In this document: in pieces, positions 51,050 through 60,509 of the stretch | How the letters are laid out: every line of letters begins with the position of its first letter | Position numbering within the stretch: the first letter of the stretch is position 1 | Notes under the pieces: generated by a model | Told to the model about the DNA's origin: nothing | Databases searched by the model: none | The model's input: the letters and a program-made list of their open reading frames with translations, nothing else | Position numbers and translations under genes: made by a program | Assembly: GCA_965279525.1 (NCBI GenBank) | Contig: CBDIIB010000004.1 | Span: forward strand, 448,001-512,000 | Source: Tagaea sp. | GTDB taxonomy: Bacteria; Pseudomonadota; Alphaproteobacteria; CACIAM-22H2 | Length of the DNA stretch: 64,000 nucleotides | Direction of reading: 5' to 3'

Positions 51050-52159
51050 TCAGAGACGTCGCGAGACCCGGTTTCCCGGATGCCTGTCGATTGCACCGGC
51101 CAGCTCCAGTTCGAGCAGGGCGGCCAGGACGACGGGGGCGGACAATTGGCACTCGCGCACGATTTCGTCAACTGAGGTGGGGGCAGGGGCAAGCATGCCG
51201 AGGATCGATTCCCGGGCCTTGTCGAGGATAATTTCATCAATATCTGAGGATATTGGAGAAGTATCCTCACTTTGTTTCTCAGGTTCTGAAAGAGGCCGGC
51301 GGAGGATCGCGTCGAGGACGTCCCGGGCGGTCTCGACCAGGGTCGCCCCCTGCCGCAGCAGGTCGTTCGACCCGCCGGCACGGGGGTCGAGGGGGGATCC
51401 GGGGACCGACAGGACCTCGCGCCCCTGCTCGCCGGCAAGCCGTGCGGTGATCAGCGATCCCGACCGCAGGGCCGCCTCGACGACCAGCGTGCCGAGCGAC
51501 AGGCCGGACACGATCCTGTTGCGCCGCGGGAAGTGCCGGGCCTGGGGTGTTTCGCCCAGCCGGACTTCGGAGACGGCTGCCCCGGTCTCGACGATCCTGG
51601 CGAACAGGGCGGCATTCTCGGCCGGGTAGACGACATCGATCCCGCCGGCCATCACGGCGACCGTGCCTGTCGCGAGCGAGCCCTGGTGGGCGGCCGTGTC
51701 GATGCCGCGTGCCAGCCCCGACACGACCGTGAGGCCCGCCTGGCCAAGCTCTTCGGCCAGCATGCGCGCGAATTTCTGCGCGTTGAGCGAGGCGTTGCGG
51801 GCCCCCACCATGGCAAGGCACGGCCGCTTCCAGATATGAGCAAAGCCCCGGACTGCAAGCAGCGGCGGCGCATCCTCGATCTCGGCAAGCAACGGCGGAT
51901 AGTCCGGTTCGCCGCGCGCGACGAAGCGGCCGCCCAGTTTGGCAAGATCGGCGATCTCGCGTTCGGCTTCCATGATCGAGGCGATGCGGATCGATTTCTT
52001 GCCGGCCCGGCGGGCAAGTTCGGGAATGGCAGCGAGGGCGGCAGCAGCGCTTTCATAGCGGCGCAGCAACTGGATGAAAGCGACGGGGCCGACATTCTCG
52101 CTGCGGATTAGCCGCAACCGGTCGCGCCGTTCGACTTCGCTGAGATTTCGCTCCGACAT
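51050..52159 (-). CDS. dprA: DNA-processing protein DprA
   Basis: VGARNAS, VSGLARGID, FPRRNRIVSG, SGSLITA. Confidence 0.95.
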   Translation of the reverse strand: MSERNLSEVERRDRLRLIRSENVGPVAFIQLLRRYESAAAALAAIPELARRAGKKSIRIASIMEAEREIADLAKLGGRFVARGEPDYPPLLAEIEDAPPLLAVRGFAHIWKRPCLAMVGARNASLNAQKFARMLAEELGQAGLTVVSGLARGIDTAAHQGSLATGTVAVMAGGIDVVYPAENAALFARIVETGAAVSEVRLGETPQARHFPRRNRIVSGLSLGTLVVEAALRSGSLITARLAGEQGREVLSVPGSPLDPRAGGSNDLLRQGATLVETARDVLDAILRRPLSEPEKQSEDTSPISSDIDEIILDKARESILGMLAPAPTSVDEIVRECQLSAPVVLAALLELELAGAIDRHPGNRVSRRL

Positions 52160-52210
52160 GCGGACGCGATTAACGCGCAGCACCGGAAGCGAGTCAACCT
52201 GCGGTTAGCG

Positions 52211-52867
52211 TTATTTTTTCTGGCCTATTTTCGGTTCTTCGCCGGCGAGCAGGCGACGGATGTTTGTATGATGCTTGATCCAGACAAGCACGGCGATGGC
52301 CGTGCCGAAGAACACGAGTTGCAGGTCGCCGCCCATTTCCTCTCCCGGCGCCCAGAGCCGCGGCAGATACCAAGCGTAGACGGGTGTCAGGGCAACGGCG
52401 AGCAGCGACGCGAGCGACGACATCCGGAAGACGGCCGCGACGACGGCCCAGGTGGCGCACGCCGCAAGCCCGACCGCCCAGTCGACCGCGATCAGCGTGC
52501 CGAGCGTGGTCGCGACACCCTTGCCGCCCTTGAAGCCGAGCCACACCGGGAATAGATGGCCGAGCAGCGCGCCAAAGCCAGCATAGAGTGCTGCATCCGG
52601 TCCCCACACGGCACGAACGGCGAGTACGGCGAACGCACCCTTTCCGGCATCCAGCAGGAGGGTGGCGAGTGCGAGCCCCTTGCGGCCCGTGCGCAGCACG
52701 TTGGTCGCCCCGATATTGCCCGAACCGATCTTGCGGATGTCGCCGAGCCCGGCGAGCCGCGTGAGAACCAGGCCGAACGGGATCGATCCGATCGCGTAGC
52801 CGATGGCGGTCGCCAGCGCCAGGAACGGCACGGCCGGCGACACCGCCGTCGGATCGAACATCGCCAT
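52211..52867 (-). CDS. plsY: Glycerol-3-phosphate acyltransferase PlsY
   Basis: [33 protein letters not shown]. Confidence 0.95.
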   Translation of the reverse strand: MAMFDPTAVSPAVPFLALATAIGYAIGSIPFGLVLTRLAGLGDIRKIGSGNIGATNVLRTGRKGLALATLLLDAGKGAFAVLAVRAVWGPDAALYAGFGALLGHLFPVWLGFKGGKGVATTLGTLIAVDWAVGLAACATWAVVAAVFRMSSLASLLAVALTPVYAWYLPRLWAPGEEMGGDLQLVFFGTAIAVLVWIKHHTNIRRLLAGEEPKIGQKK

Positions 52868-54220
52868 CTAGCCGGCCGCGAAGATCGGGATGCCGGCAGC
52901 GACCGTGCGCAGCACGCGGCCCTGCACGAGGCGGTCGTCGAAGGCCGAGTTCTTGGATTTGGAACGCAGCTTCTTCGCGTCGACCTTCCACGGCGCTTCG
53001 GCGTCGAACAGCACGAAGTCGGCGGGCATGCCCTTGGCAAGCCGGCCTTCCTTGAGCCCGAGCAAGGCCGCCGGCCGGCTGGTGACGAGGGCGAGCGCCG
53101 CGGCGAGCGAAAGCTGGCGGTTGTGGACGAGATCCAGCGTGACCGGCAGCAGTGTCTCCAGCCCGACCGTGCCGGCAGCGGCCTGGCCGAGCGGCAGGCG
53201 CTTTGAATCCTGGTCGTGCGGCGAATGGTCCGACGCGATCGCGTCGATCGTGCCGTCGGCCAGCGCTTCGATCACCGCACGCCGGTCGGCTTCGCCGCGC
53301 AGGGGCGGCGAGACCTTGGCGAAGGTGCGGTAGTCGGCCAGCGCCAGTTCGTTGAGCGCGAAATAGTGCGGGGCGGTGTCGCAGGTGACGGCGAGCCCGC
53401 GCGCCTTCGCCGCCCGGATCGCGGCAAGTCCCTCGGCCGTCGACACGTGCGCGAAGTGCAGGCGCCCGCCGGTAAGCTCGGCAAGCCGGAGATCGCGTTC
53501 GATCTGCATGACTTCGGCCGCAGCCGGGATGCCGGGGATGCCCATGCGCGTGGCAAGTTCGCCCTCGGTCATGGCGCCGCGCGCGAGCTGCGGCTCCTCC
53601 GGGTGCTGGATGATCGGCAGGCCGAAGCTGCGCGCATATGTCAGGGCGCGACGCATCAGCTGCGCGTCGGTGATCGTGTGCGTGGCGTCGGTGAAGCCGA
53701 GTGCGCCCGACGCGGCGAGAAGGCCGAACTCGGTCATCTCCTTGCCGTTGAGGCCGCGCGTGACGGCCGCATAGGTATGCACGCGCACCAGACTGGTTTC
53801 GCGCGCGAGGCGCGCGACCGATTCCACCAGGGCCGCGTCGTCGATGACGGGACGCGTGTTGGGCAGCGCCACCATGGTCGTGACACCGCCGGCGGCAGCC
53901 GCTTCGCTGGCGGTCGAGATTGTTTCCTTGTGCTCTTCGCCCGGCTCGCGCAGCTGCACGCGCATGTCGACGAGACCGGGGGAAAGGCACTTGCCGTGGC
54001 AGTCGATCGTCTCCATGCCGTGCGGGCCGGCGGCAGCGAGCGCGCTGGCCTTGGCAAGCTGCGGGCCGATGTCCGCCACAGCACCGTCGCGCACGACGAG
54101 GCCGCCGAGCGATTCGCTCCCGCCCGCCGGATCGATCAGGCGCGCGTTCACATACGCGACCGGCGGGCCGCCGCGACCGCCCGCGGTCTTGGCGGGGACG
54201 ACACCGTGCGGGAACCTCAT
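52868..54220 (-). CDS. pyrC: Dihydroorotase-like protein, probably inactive PyrC'
   Basis: Amidohydrolase fold ([22 protein letters not shown]) but HxH replaced by [10 protein letters not shown]. Confidence 0.88.
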   Translation of the reverse strand: MRFPHGVVPAKTAGGRGGPPVAYVNARLIDPAGGSESLGGLVVRDGAVADIGPQLAKASALAAAGPHGMETIDCHGKCLSPGLVDMRVQLREPGEEHKETISTASEAAAAGGVTTMVALPNTRPVIDDAALVESVARLARETSLVRVHTYAAVTRGLNGKEMTEFGLLAASGALGFTDATHTITDAQLMRRALTYARSFGLPIIQHPEEPQLARGAMTEGELATRMGIPGIPAAAEVMQIERDLRLAELTGGRLHFAHVSTAEGLAAIRAAKARGLAVTCDTAPHYFALNELALADYRTFAKVSPPLRGEADRRAVIEALADGTIDAIASDHSPHDQDSKRLPLGQAAAGTVGLETLLPVTLDLVHNRQLSLAAALALVTSRPAALLGLKEGRLAKGMPADFVLFDAEAPWKVDAKKLRSKSKNSAFDDRLVQGRVLRTVAAGIPIFAAG

Positions 54221-55188
54221 GCCGGGCTCCCGGAGTTGGAGATGAGGTTGCGTGTGAGGAGGTCGAGGCAGGCCATGCGCACGGCCACGCCCATTTCCAC
54301 CTGCTCGCGGATCAGCGAGCGGTCGACGTCGTCGGCGACCTCGCTGTCGATTTCCACACCGCGGTTCATGGGCCCCGGATGCATGATGAGGGCGTCGGGG
54401 CTGGCAACCTCGAGCTTGTCGTAGTCAAGGCCGTAGAGGCGGAAATACTCGCGCACCGAGGGCACGAAATTGCCCTGCATGCGTTCGGTCTGCAGGCGCA
54501 GCATCATGACGATGTCCACGCCCTCCAGCCCCTTGCGCATGTCGTGGAACACTTCCACGCCCATCCGGTCGATCGCGGTCGGCATCAGCGTGGGCGGACC
54601 CACGACGCGCACGCGTGCACCCATCGTGGTCAGCAGATGGATGTTCGAGCGCGCCACGCGGCTGTGCAGGATGTCGCCGCAGATCGCCACGAGCAGGCCC
54701 TGCAGGCGCTTCTTGTGGCGGCGGATGGCGAGCGCGTCGAGCAGCGCCTGGGTCGGGTGCTCGTGCGTGCCGTCGCCCGCGTTGATGACCGCGCAGTCGA
54801 CCTTTTCCGAGAGCAGCTTGACGGCCCCTGAGTCCGGGTGGCGGACGATCAGCACGTCGGGCAGCATCGCGTTCATCGTCACGGCCGTGTCCATCAGCGT
54901 CTCGCCCTTCTTGATGGACGAGACTTCGGCCGACATGTTGACGACGTCGCCGCCCAGCCGCTTGCCGGCCAGCTCGAACGAGGTGCGCGTGCGCGTCGAG
55001 TTCTCGAAGAACAGGTTGATGATCGTGCGTCCGCGCAGCAGCGTGCTTTTGGCACCGCGCGCCCGGTTCTGCTCGACATAGGATTCGGAGAGATCGAGGA
55101 GAAGCGTGATCTCCTCGGCGGAAAGCCCTTCGATGCCCAGAAGATGGCGCGGTCGAAGTCGGCCGGTCGGAAGCGGGATGGAAGACAT
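54217..55188 (-). CDS. pyrB: Aspartate carbamoyltransferase catalytic subunit
   Basis: [28 protein letters not shown]. Confidence 0.97.
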   Translation of the reverse strand: MSSIPLPTGRLRPRHLLGIEGLSAEEITLLLDLSESYVEQNRARGAKSTLLRGRTIINLFFENSTRTRTSFELAGKRLGGDVVNMSAEVSSIKKGETLMDTAVTMNAMLPDVLIVRHPDSGAVKLLSEKVDCAVINAGDGTHEHPTQALLDALAIRRHKKRLQGLLVAICGDILHSRVARSNIHLLTTMGARVRVVGPPTLMPTAIDRMGVEVFHDMRKGLEGVDIVMMLRLQTERMQGNFVPSVREYFRLYGLDYDKLEVASPDALIMHPGPMNRGVEIDSEVADDVDRSLIREQVEMGVAVRMACLDLLTRNLISNSGSPA

Positions 55189-55197
55189 TAAAGCGGC

Positions 55198-55226
55198 GTT
55201 ATATCGACGCTTGGCAGGGCAGGCAA
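55198..55226 (-). promoter_or_regulatory. Sigma70 promoter of pyrB (near-leaderless)
   Basis: TTGCCT-N17-TATAAC, 9 nt before the ATG, no SD. Confidence 0.5.
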
Positions 55227-55319
55227 GACGCGCCGCAAAAAGCCCCGTTTTCCGGGCTCGAAACGCTTTGTTAACCTTCCTCGACGTAGCTTGCATCGTC
55301 CCTGTAAGGTGCGACTCCG

Positions 55320-55526
55320 ATGACCGTCACGTCCGGCAGCAACATCCACGTCCCCGATCCCGCACAGGTGAAGTGCGCGGAGATTCTCGACAAGCTGCTG
55401 GCGCTTTCGGCCGGCGGGTCGTCGGGCGAGCTGCCGCTGGCGGCCGCCTCGCAGCTTGCATCCGACCTCGCCAACGATCTTGCCGTATTCGACGCGCGCA
55501 TCCGCGAACTGGACGCCGCCCGCTAG
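55320..55526 (+). CDS. Small hypothetical protein (68 aa, predicted helical)
   Basis: TAAGG RBS, host-like codon usage, fills the gap between pyrB and copCD. Confidence 0.6.
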   Translation: MTVTSGSNIHVPDPAQVKCAEILDKLLALSAGGSSGELPLAAASQLASDLANDLAVFDARIRELDAAR

Positions 55527-57073
55527 CGGCCGCGCGGACCGACGACGAGCTCGGTCGCGTACAGGTCCTTCCTGAAATCCGTCACCAGCGCGCCGATTTC
55601 GATCTGCCACGCGCCCGCGATCGCAAGGCTCGCCTCGTCGACGCGATAATGGCCGGGTCCCATGCGCCGTGCCTTGCGCCGCAGCCCGGCGATCGCGTTG
55701 GCCCGCGACGAAAGCTCCACCTCGACCTCCAGCGGATCGAATGCCGCACCGGCCGCATCGGCGAAGTGCGCATCGAGGACCGTACCGTCGATCTCGACGA
55801 ACAGCACGCGCCCGTCGCGCGACAGGGCGATCGACGGACCTGTCCGCGCCGCGACGGCGTGGCCCGCATGCGCGTCGGGCACATGCGGCGGCGTGTGCGA
55901 AAGGATCGCCGTCGTCGCGAGAACGACCAGCACTATCGCCAGCTCGAACGCGACATTGCGCGCGAACCGCCGGCGCCCCGCCTGCAGGGCATGCAAGCGG
56001 TTATCCGCCGCAAGGCCAAGCATCAGTGCGAACGACACGCCCTTGATCGCGACCAGCAGGCCGTATTCGCTTGTCCATAACGCCTCTGCCGAGGGGACGC
56101 GCGTTGCCGCCAGGGCCAGCCCCGCGACGGAGAGACCCGCAACGCAGGCAATGCCGACACGCGAGAAACGGTCGGCAACCTTCGCAAGCGCTTCGTCCCG
56201 CCACCGCACGCATCCCCACAGCAGCGGAACGAACGCGCCGATCCAGACCAGCGCGCAAGCACTGTGGATCGCCTGCGCTGCCGGAACGAGCCAGCGCGGG
56301 CTGCCGGTCGCCGCATGGCCGGTCAAGGCCGTGCCGATCGCGATGGCGACAAGGCAAGCCATCGTCGCGGTCCGCCGGCCCGACAGGACAAGCCCGATGC
56401 CGGCCAGGATCGACAACGCCGATATCCCGGCGGATGTCGCGGCGCCGATCCGCCAGACAGCGGGATCGAGCAGGCCGGGTGCGAGTGCTACCCGAGCACC
56501 GGCAAGCCCGACACCCGCGACGGTCGCCACCCCGGCCAGCACGGCCGCGACGGCGAACGCGCGGCGCAAGTCGCCTCCGAGCGGTGGCGCGATCCAGCCG
56601 AGAAAGAACAACCCGCCGCAGCCGACGGCCAGCAGCAGGTCGCGCACGAACCGGTTCGCTTTCGCGATCCTCGACCAGAATGCGTCGAGCGCCGGATCGC
56701 CTTCGTCGGGCGGCACTTCCCCGATGCCCATGCCGACGGCGAAGACGATGCTGCCGGCGACCGGATGCGTGTCGGCGGATACCACGCGGTACGACACGAC
56801 ATAGCGCCCGTCAGCCAGCGGGGCCGGCAGATCGAACGCCACGCCGGTGTCGCCCGTCGCGTGGGCGCCTTCGGGTCCGTGCAGCGTCGTGCCCGTCGCA
56901 TCGATGACGCGCAGCGCGACCGGCACGACCGGTTCGTTGAAGCGCAGTTCGATGCGCGCAGGCGGCGACGACAGCACCGCACCGTCCGGCGGCACACTCG
57001 ACAGCAGCATCGAGTGTGCCGCCGCCTCGCCCGGCAGCAGCAGGAGCAGGAAGAGGAGGACGATGCGGCGCAT
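55523..57073 (-). CDS. CopC-CopD fusion copper uptake protein (YcnJ-like)
   Basis: Signal then N-terminal His (AAAHSML), FNEPV, SADTHPV, CopD TM region, His-rich linker, C-terminal soluble domain. Confidence 0.85.
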   Translation of the reverse strand: MRRIVLLFLLLLLPGEAAAHSMLLSSVPPDGAVLSSPPARIELRFNEPVVPVALRVIDATGTTLHGPEGAHATGDTGVAFDLPAPLADGRYVVSYRVVSADTHPVAGSIVFAVGMGIGEVPPDEGDPALDAFWSRIAKANRFVRDLLLAVGCGGLFFLGWIAPPLGGDLRRAFAVAAVLAGVATVAGVGLAGARVALAPGLLDPAVWRIGAATSAGISALSILAGIGLVLSGRRTATMACLVAIAIGTALTGHAATGSPRWLVPAAQAIHSACALVWIGAFVPLLWGCVRWRDEALAKVADRFSRVGIACVAGLSVAGLALAATRVPSAEALWTSEYGLLVAIKGVSFALMLGLAADNRLHALQAGRRRFARNVAFELAIVLVVLATTAILSHTPPHVPDAHAGHAVAARTGPSIALSRDGRVLFVEIDGTVLDAHFADAAGAAFDPLEVEVELSSRANAIAGLRRKARRMGPGHYRVDEASLAIAGAWQIEIGALVTDFRKDLYATELVVGPRGR

Positions 57074-57084
57074 TGCCGTTCCCG

Positions 57085-57609
57085 TCAGGGCCGCGGCGTC
57101 AGGCGCAGCGTCGGGGCAGGGAACTTGAGGCTCCCGGCACCCTGGCCGGCCGTCGGGATCTCGATCCAGCGTTCCACGCCCTTTTCGCATTCCTGCACGG
57201 TCGCGACATGGATCGTTTCGCCCGGCTTGTTGGGCAGCTGCCCGCGGAACACGAACTCGTCGTAGTGCTCGTCGAGCAGCCTGCCGCCGCTCCACACGAT
57301 CTCGCGCACGCCTTCGGTGATGCGCGCACCATGGTCGCCCGCGACGGGCGTGGGCAGCGGCCCCCGGACGGTCGAAAGCTCCCAGCCCGGCTTGGGCTGC
57401 GGCTTCACGTTGACCATGCCGTCGGGAACCTGGACGCGCAGGCGGATCATCGGCGAGCCTTCGCAGCCGTGGGGTACCCGAAGGACGGCTTTATAGGTGC
57501 TGCCGGCGACAGCCTGCGGCTGTTCGAGCGTGACGTGGGCATGGGCGGCGGTCGCGATGACGCCAAGGGCTGCGGCCGCGACGGCGACCGCACGGATCGT
57601 GAAAGACAT
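57085..57609 (-). CDS. YcnI (DUF1775) copper-binding protein
   Basis: AHAHVT, RVPHGCE, KPGW, QECE..RWIE, PAP. Confidence 0.88.
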   Translation of the reverse strand: MSFTIRAVAVAAAALGVIATAAHAHVTLEQPQAVAGSTYKAVLRVPHGCEGSPMIRLRVQVPDGMVNVKPQPKPGWELSTVRGPLPTPVAGDHGARITEGVREIVWSGGRLLDEHYDEFVFRGQLPNKPGETIHVATVQECEKGVERWIEIPTAGQGAGSLKFPAPTLRLTPRP

Positions 57610-57652
57610 GTCTCTACTCCGGTTGCTTGAAATCGAAAGACGGATTCGGATT

Positions 57653-58051
57653 TCAGGCAGACAGCGGAGGGCCTCGTGGCTGGATCGGGCGGGCGAAGCC
57701 GATCGGCTCGACCGTGACGGCCGCGTTGAAATACCGGACAGGCCGGGCATCCCAGGTGACCGGCACGCAAAATTCGGCGACCGTCCGGGGAACCGGGCCC
57801 AGCGGCGGCAACTGGCACAGCGGGCACACGTCCCGGGCGTGCGTCGCAGCGGGAACGGCCGGTTCGTGATCGGTCGTGCCGCACCACGCGGACTCAAGCG
57901 CCGGCCCGCCGACGACGCCTGCAAAAGCCGGCGCGACATGCAGGACCGTCAGCCCGACCTGCAGCACGACCGCCAGCAGCCCGAGATGCAGGCCGATCTC
58001 GCGCAGCAGCGGCAGACGGAAAAACGCGAGGAGGGAGCGGGCGGGGGACAT
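57653..58051 (-). CDS. DUF2946 family protein (CruR/CutF-like leader)
   Basis: N-terminal TM/signal, single Cys, CPLC, C-terminal QPRGPP; upstream of Cu genes. Confidence 0.8.
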   Translation of the reverse strand: MSPARSLLAFFRLPLLREIGLHLGLLAVVLQVGLTVLHVAPAFAGVVGGPALESAWCGTTDHEPAVPAATHARDVCPLCQLPPLGPVPRTVAEFCVPVTWDARPVRYFNAAVTVEPIGFARPIQPRGPPLSA

Positions 58052-58062
58052 CGGTCGGGTTA

Positions 58063-59289
58063 TCACACGATGCCGCGCGCACGTAAATCGGCAACAGCGG
58101 CCGTGTCGAGGCCGAGCACCTCGCCCAGCACTTCATCCGTATGCTGACCGCAGGTCGGCGGCGCCCGGCGATAGGCGGGCGGCGTCTTCGACATCTTGAT
58201 CGGGCTGGCGATCAGCGGCACGTCCACGCCGCTGGCATGCGCCATCTCGATGCGCATGCCGCGCGCCTTGACCTGCGGGTCCTCGAACACCTGCGCGATG
58301 TCGTTGACCGGCGAGCAGGGCACGCCGGCACCGGCAAGACCTTCCACCCAGTGGCGCTGCGACTTGGCGCCCGTGACCTCGTTCATGATCCGGGTCAGCT
58401 CGACGCGGTTGGCGACGCGCGCGGGGTTGGTCGCGAAGCGCGGATCGGCGGAAAGCTCGGGCCTTCCGGCAAACGCGCAGAACTTCGAGAACTGTCCGTC
58501 GTTGCCGATGGCAAGGATGACGAACCCGTCGGCACAGGCGAACACGTCGTAAGGCACGATGTTTGGATGCGCGTTGCCTTGCCGCACTGGCGTCTTGCCC
58601 GAGACGAGATGGTTGAGCCCCTCGTTGGCCAGCCACGACACCTGCGTATCGAGGAGCGCCATGTCGATATGCTGCCCTTCGCCCGTGGCATCGCGGTGGC
58701 GCAGCGAGGCGAGGATCGACACGGCCGCGTACATGCCCGTCATGATGTCGGCGATGCCGACGCCGACCTTGTAGGGGCGGCTCTCGGGCGCGCCCTGTGC
58801 CGGGCCTGTTACCGACATGATGCCGCCAAGCCCCTGTGCCAGCATGTCGTAGCCCGCGCGCGGCGCGTAGGGTCCGGTCTGGCCGAAGCCGGTGATGGAG
58901 CAGTAGACGAGCTTCGGGAACTTCTTCGAAAGCGTGGCGTAGTCGAGACCGAACTTCGCGAGATCGCCGACCTTGAAGTTCTCCGCCAGCACGTCGCACT
59001 TCGCGATGAGCCGGAGGGCCAGTTCCTGGCCCTCCTTCTTCGACAGGTCGAGCGAGATCGAGCGCTTGTTGCGGTTGGCCGACAGGTAATAGGCGCTCTC
59101 GTTCGTCGCGTTGCCGGCGGCATCGGTCACGTAAGGAGGGCCCCACTTGCGCGTATCGTCGCCGGCACCCGCCCGCTCGATCTTGATCACGTCGGCGCCG
59201 AGATCGCCCAGCAGCTGCGTGCAGGTCGGTCCGGCGAGGATGCGGGTAAGGTCGAAAACTCGGATTCCGTCGAGCGGCAAGGCGGGCAT
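58063..59289 (-). CDS. CaiB/BaiF family III CoA-transferase
   Basis: DLTRILAGP, DLGADVIKIE, GDDTR, NRNKRS, GYD, IADIMTG. Confidence 0.92.
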   Translation of the reverse strand: MPALPLDGIRVFDLTRILAGPTCTQLLGDLGADVIKIERAGAGDDTRKWGPPYVTDAAGNATNESAYYLSANRNKRSISLDLSKKEGQELALRLIAKCDVLAENFKVGDLAKFGLDYATLSKKFPKLVYCSITGFGQTGPYAPRAGYDMLAQGLGGIMSVTGPAQGAPESRPYKVGVGIADIMTGMYAAVSILASLRHRDATGEGQHIDMALLDTQVSWLANEGLNHLVSGKTPVRQGNAHPNIVPYDVFACADGFVILAIGNDGQFSKFCAFAGRPELSADPRFATNPARVANRVELTRIMNEVTGAKSQRHWVEGLAGAGVPCSPVNDIAQVFEDPQVKARGMRIEMAHASGVDVPLIASPIKMSKTPPAYRRAPPTCGQHTDEVLGEVLGLDTAAVADLRARGIV

Positions 59290-59410
59290 TCGGGACCATC
59301 GTGTCTGGGGGTGGGGCGCAAATCTGCCGACTTGAAGGCGTATTCGCAACAACCGTCTCGCGACAATGTTTCGATTGTCGGCGCACGGGCCGACCGCGAA
59401 AGTGGCCGGC

Positions 59411-60193
59411 ATGGACCTTCCGGCCGATCCGCTGTTCTACGTCGTGGGCTACGCGACGGTCTTCGTCATCTCGTTCCTGAAGGGCGGATTCGGCGGCGGG
59501 TTCGCCACGCTCGGCATCCCGTTCCTTGCATTCGTCATGGATCCGCTCGAAGCGGCTATCGTCATGGCGCCGATCGTGGCGCTGCAGGATGTGTTCGCGA
59601 TCCGGGCCTACCCGCCGCGTACGTGGAGCATGCCGAACCTGAAGCTGCTGGCACCGGCATTGCTGATCGGGCTGTGCATCGGGTTCCTGGCGTTCGTCTA
59701 TGTCGACCAGCGCCTCATCGTGCTGGCCATCGCGGCGATCACGCTGGTCTTCACGGGGCGCTGGTTCTGGGCACGCCTGCGCCCGGCATCCGGCCCGCCG
59801 CCGGCCGCGACCAAGCCGGCGCTCGGTCCGGCACTGCTGTGGGGCTCGATGTCGGGATTCACGACGTTCGTGGCACACTCGGGCGGACCGCCGCTGCAGA
59901 TCTACCTGCTACGCCAGAAGCTCGACAAGACCGTCTATGCCGGAACGGTCACCGCGTTCTTCGCGATGGGCAACATCCTGAAGATCGGTCCCTATGTGTG
60001 GCTCGGCCTGGGCGAACCGCACACGCTGTGGATTGCCGCCGTGCTTGCACCCGCGGTGCCCGTCGGCGTGATGCTCGGCCGGCGCTGGCACGACAGGATC
60101 GAGGCTGAGCGCCTGTACCTCATCTGCTACATCCTGCTGTCGCTCGCCGGACTGAAGCTGCTCTATGACGGGATCAGCGGCTTCCTGCGCTGA
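59411..60193 (+). CDS. TauE/SafE family (sulfite exporter-like) membrane protein
   Basis: KGGFGGG, SGFTTFVAHSGGPP, multiple TM segments. Confidence 0.85.
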   Translation: MDLPADPLFYVVGYATVFVISFLKGGFGGGFATLGIPFLAFVMDPLEAAIVMAPIVALQDVFAIRAYPPRTWSMPNLKLLAPALLIGLCIGFLAFVYVDQRLIVLAIAAITLVFTGRWFWARLRPASGPPPAATKPALGPALLWGSMSGFTTFVAHSGGPPLQIYLLRQKLDKTVYAGTVTAFFAMGNILKIGPYVWLGLGEPHTLWIAAVLAPAVPVGVMLGRRWHDRIEAERLYLICYILLSLAGLKLLYDGISGFLR

Positions 60194-60509
60194 GCAGCAG
60201 GCGCAGGCTGCGCACCCGCACGTCGACCGGCAGCACGCCCGGCCTTCCGTCGGGCTCGCCGAGTGCCACGCGGCGCCCGTCGGGCAGAAGGCACGTCACG
60301 TCGGTGCGCGGCAGCGCGTCGGGCGCGGCATCGACCCGGCATTCCAGAAGCTGGCCCGCCTTCAGCGCGCCGGCATCGCGTTGCAGTTCCACCTGCCAGC
60401 GGGCCCCGAAACCGAAGCCGTCGCTCGCGGTCACGGCGACGGGCACGTCGGCGACCTGTGCGGCGGCGGCATTGGCCAGCAGCAGGCTAGTCCACGCCAA
60501 GTGCCGCAA
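60174..60509 (-). CDS. Small hypothetical secreted protein
   Basis: GAGGAG RBS with TTG start, signal-like N-terminus (AAAA-Q), two Cys; short overlaps with both neighbours. Confidence 0.45.
   Translation of the reverse strand: MRHLAWTSLLLANAAAAQVADVPVAVTASDGFGFGARWQVELQRDAGALKAGQLLECRVDAAPDALPRTDVTCLLPDGRRVALGEPDGRPGVLPVDVRVRSLRLLLSAGSR

Noticed and set aside
51225-51300. AT-rich patch inside dprA
   Set aside because: Frame intact, encodes the interdomain linker; more likely an internal topA promoter region than an insertion
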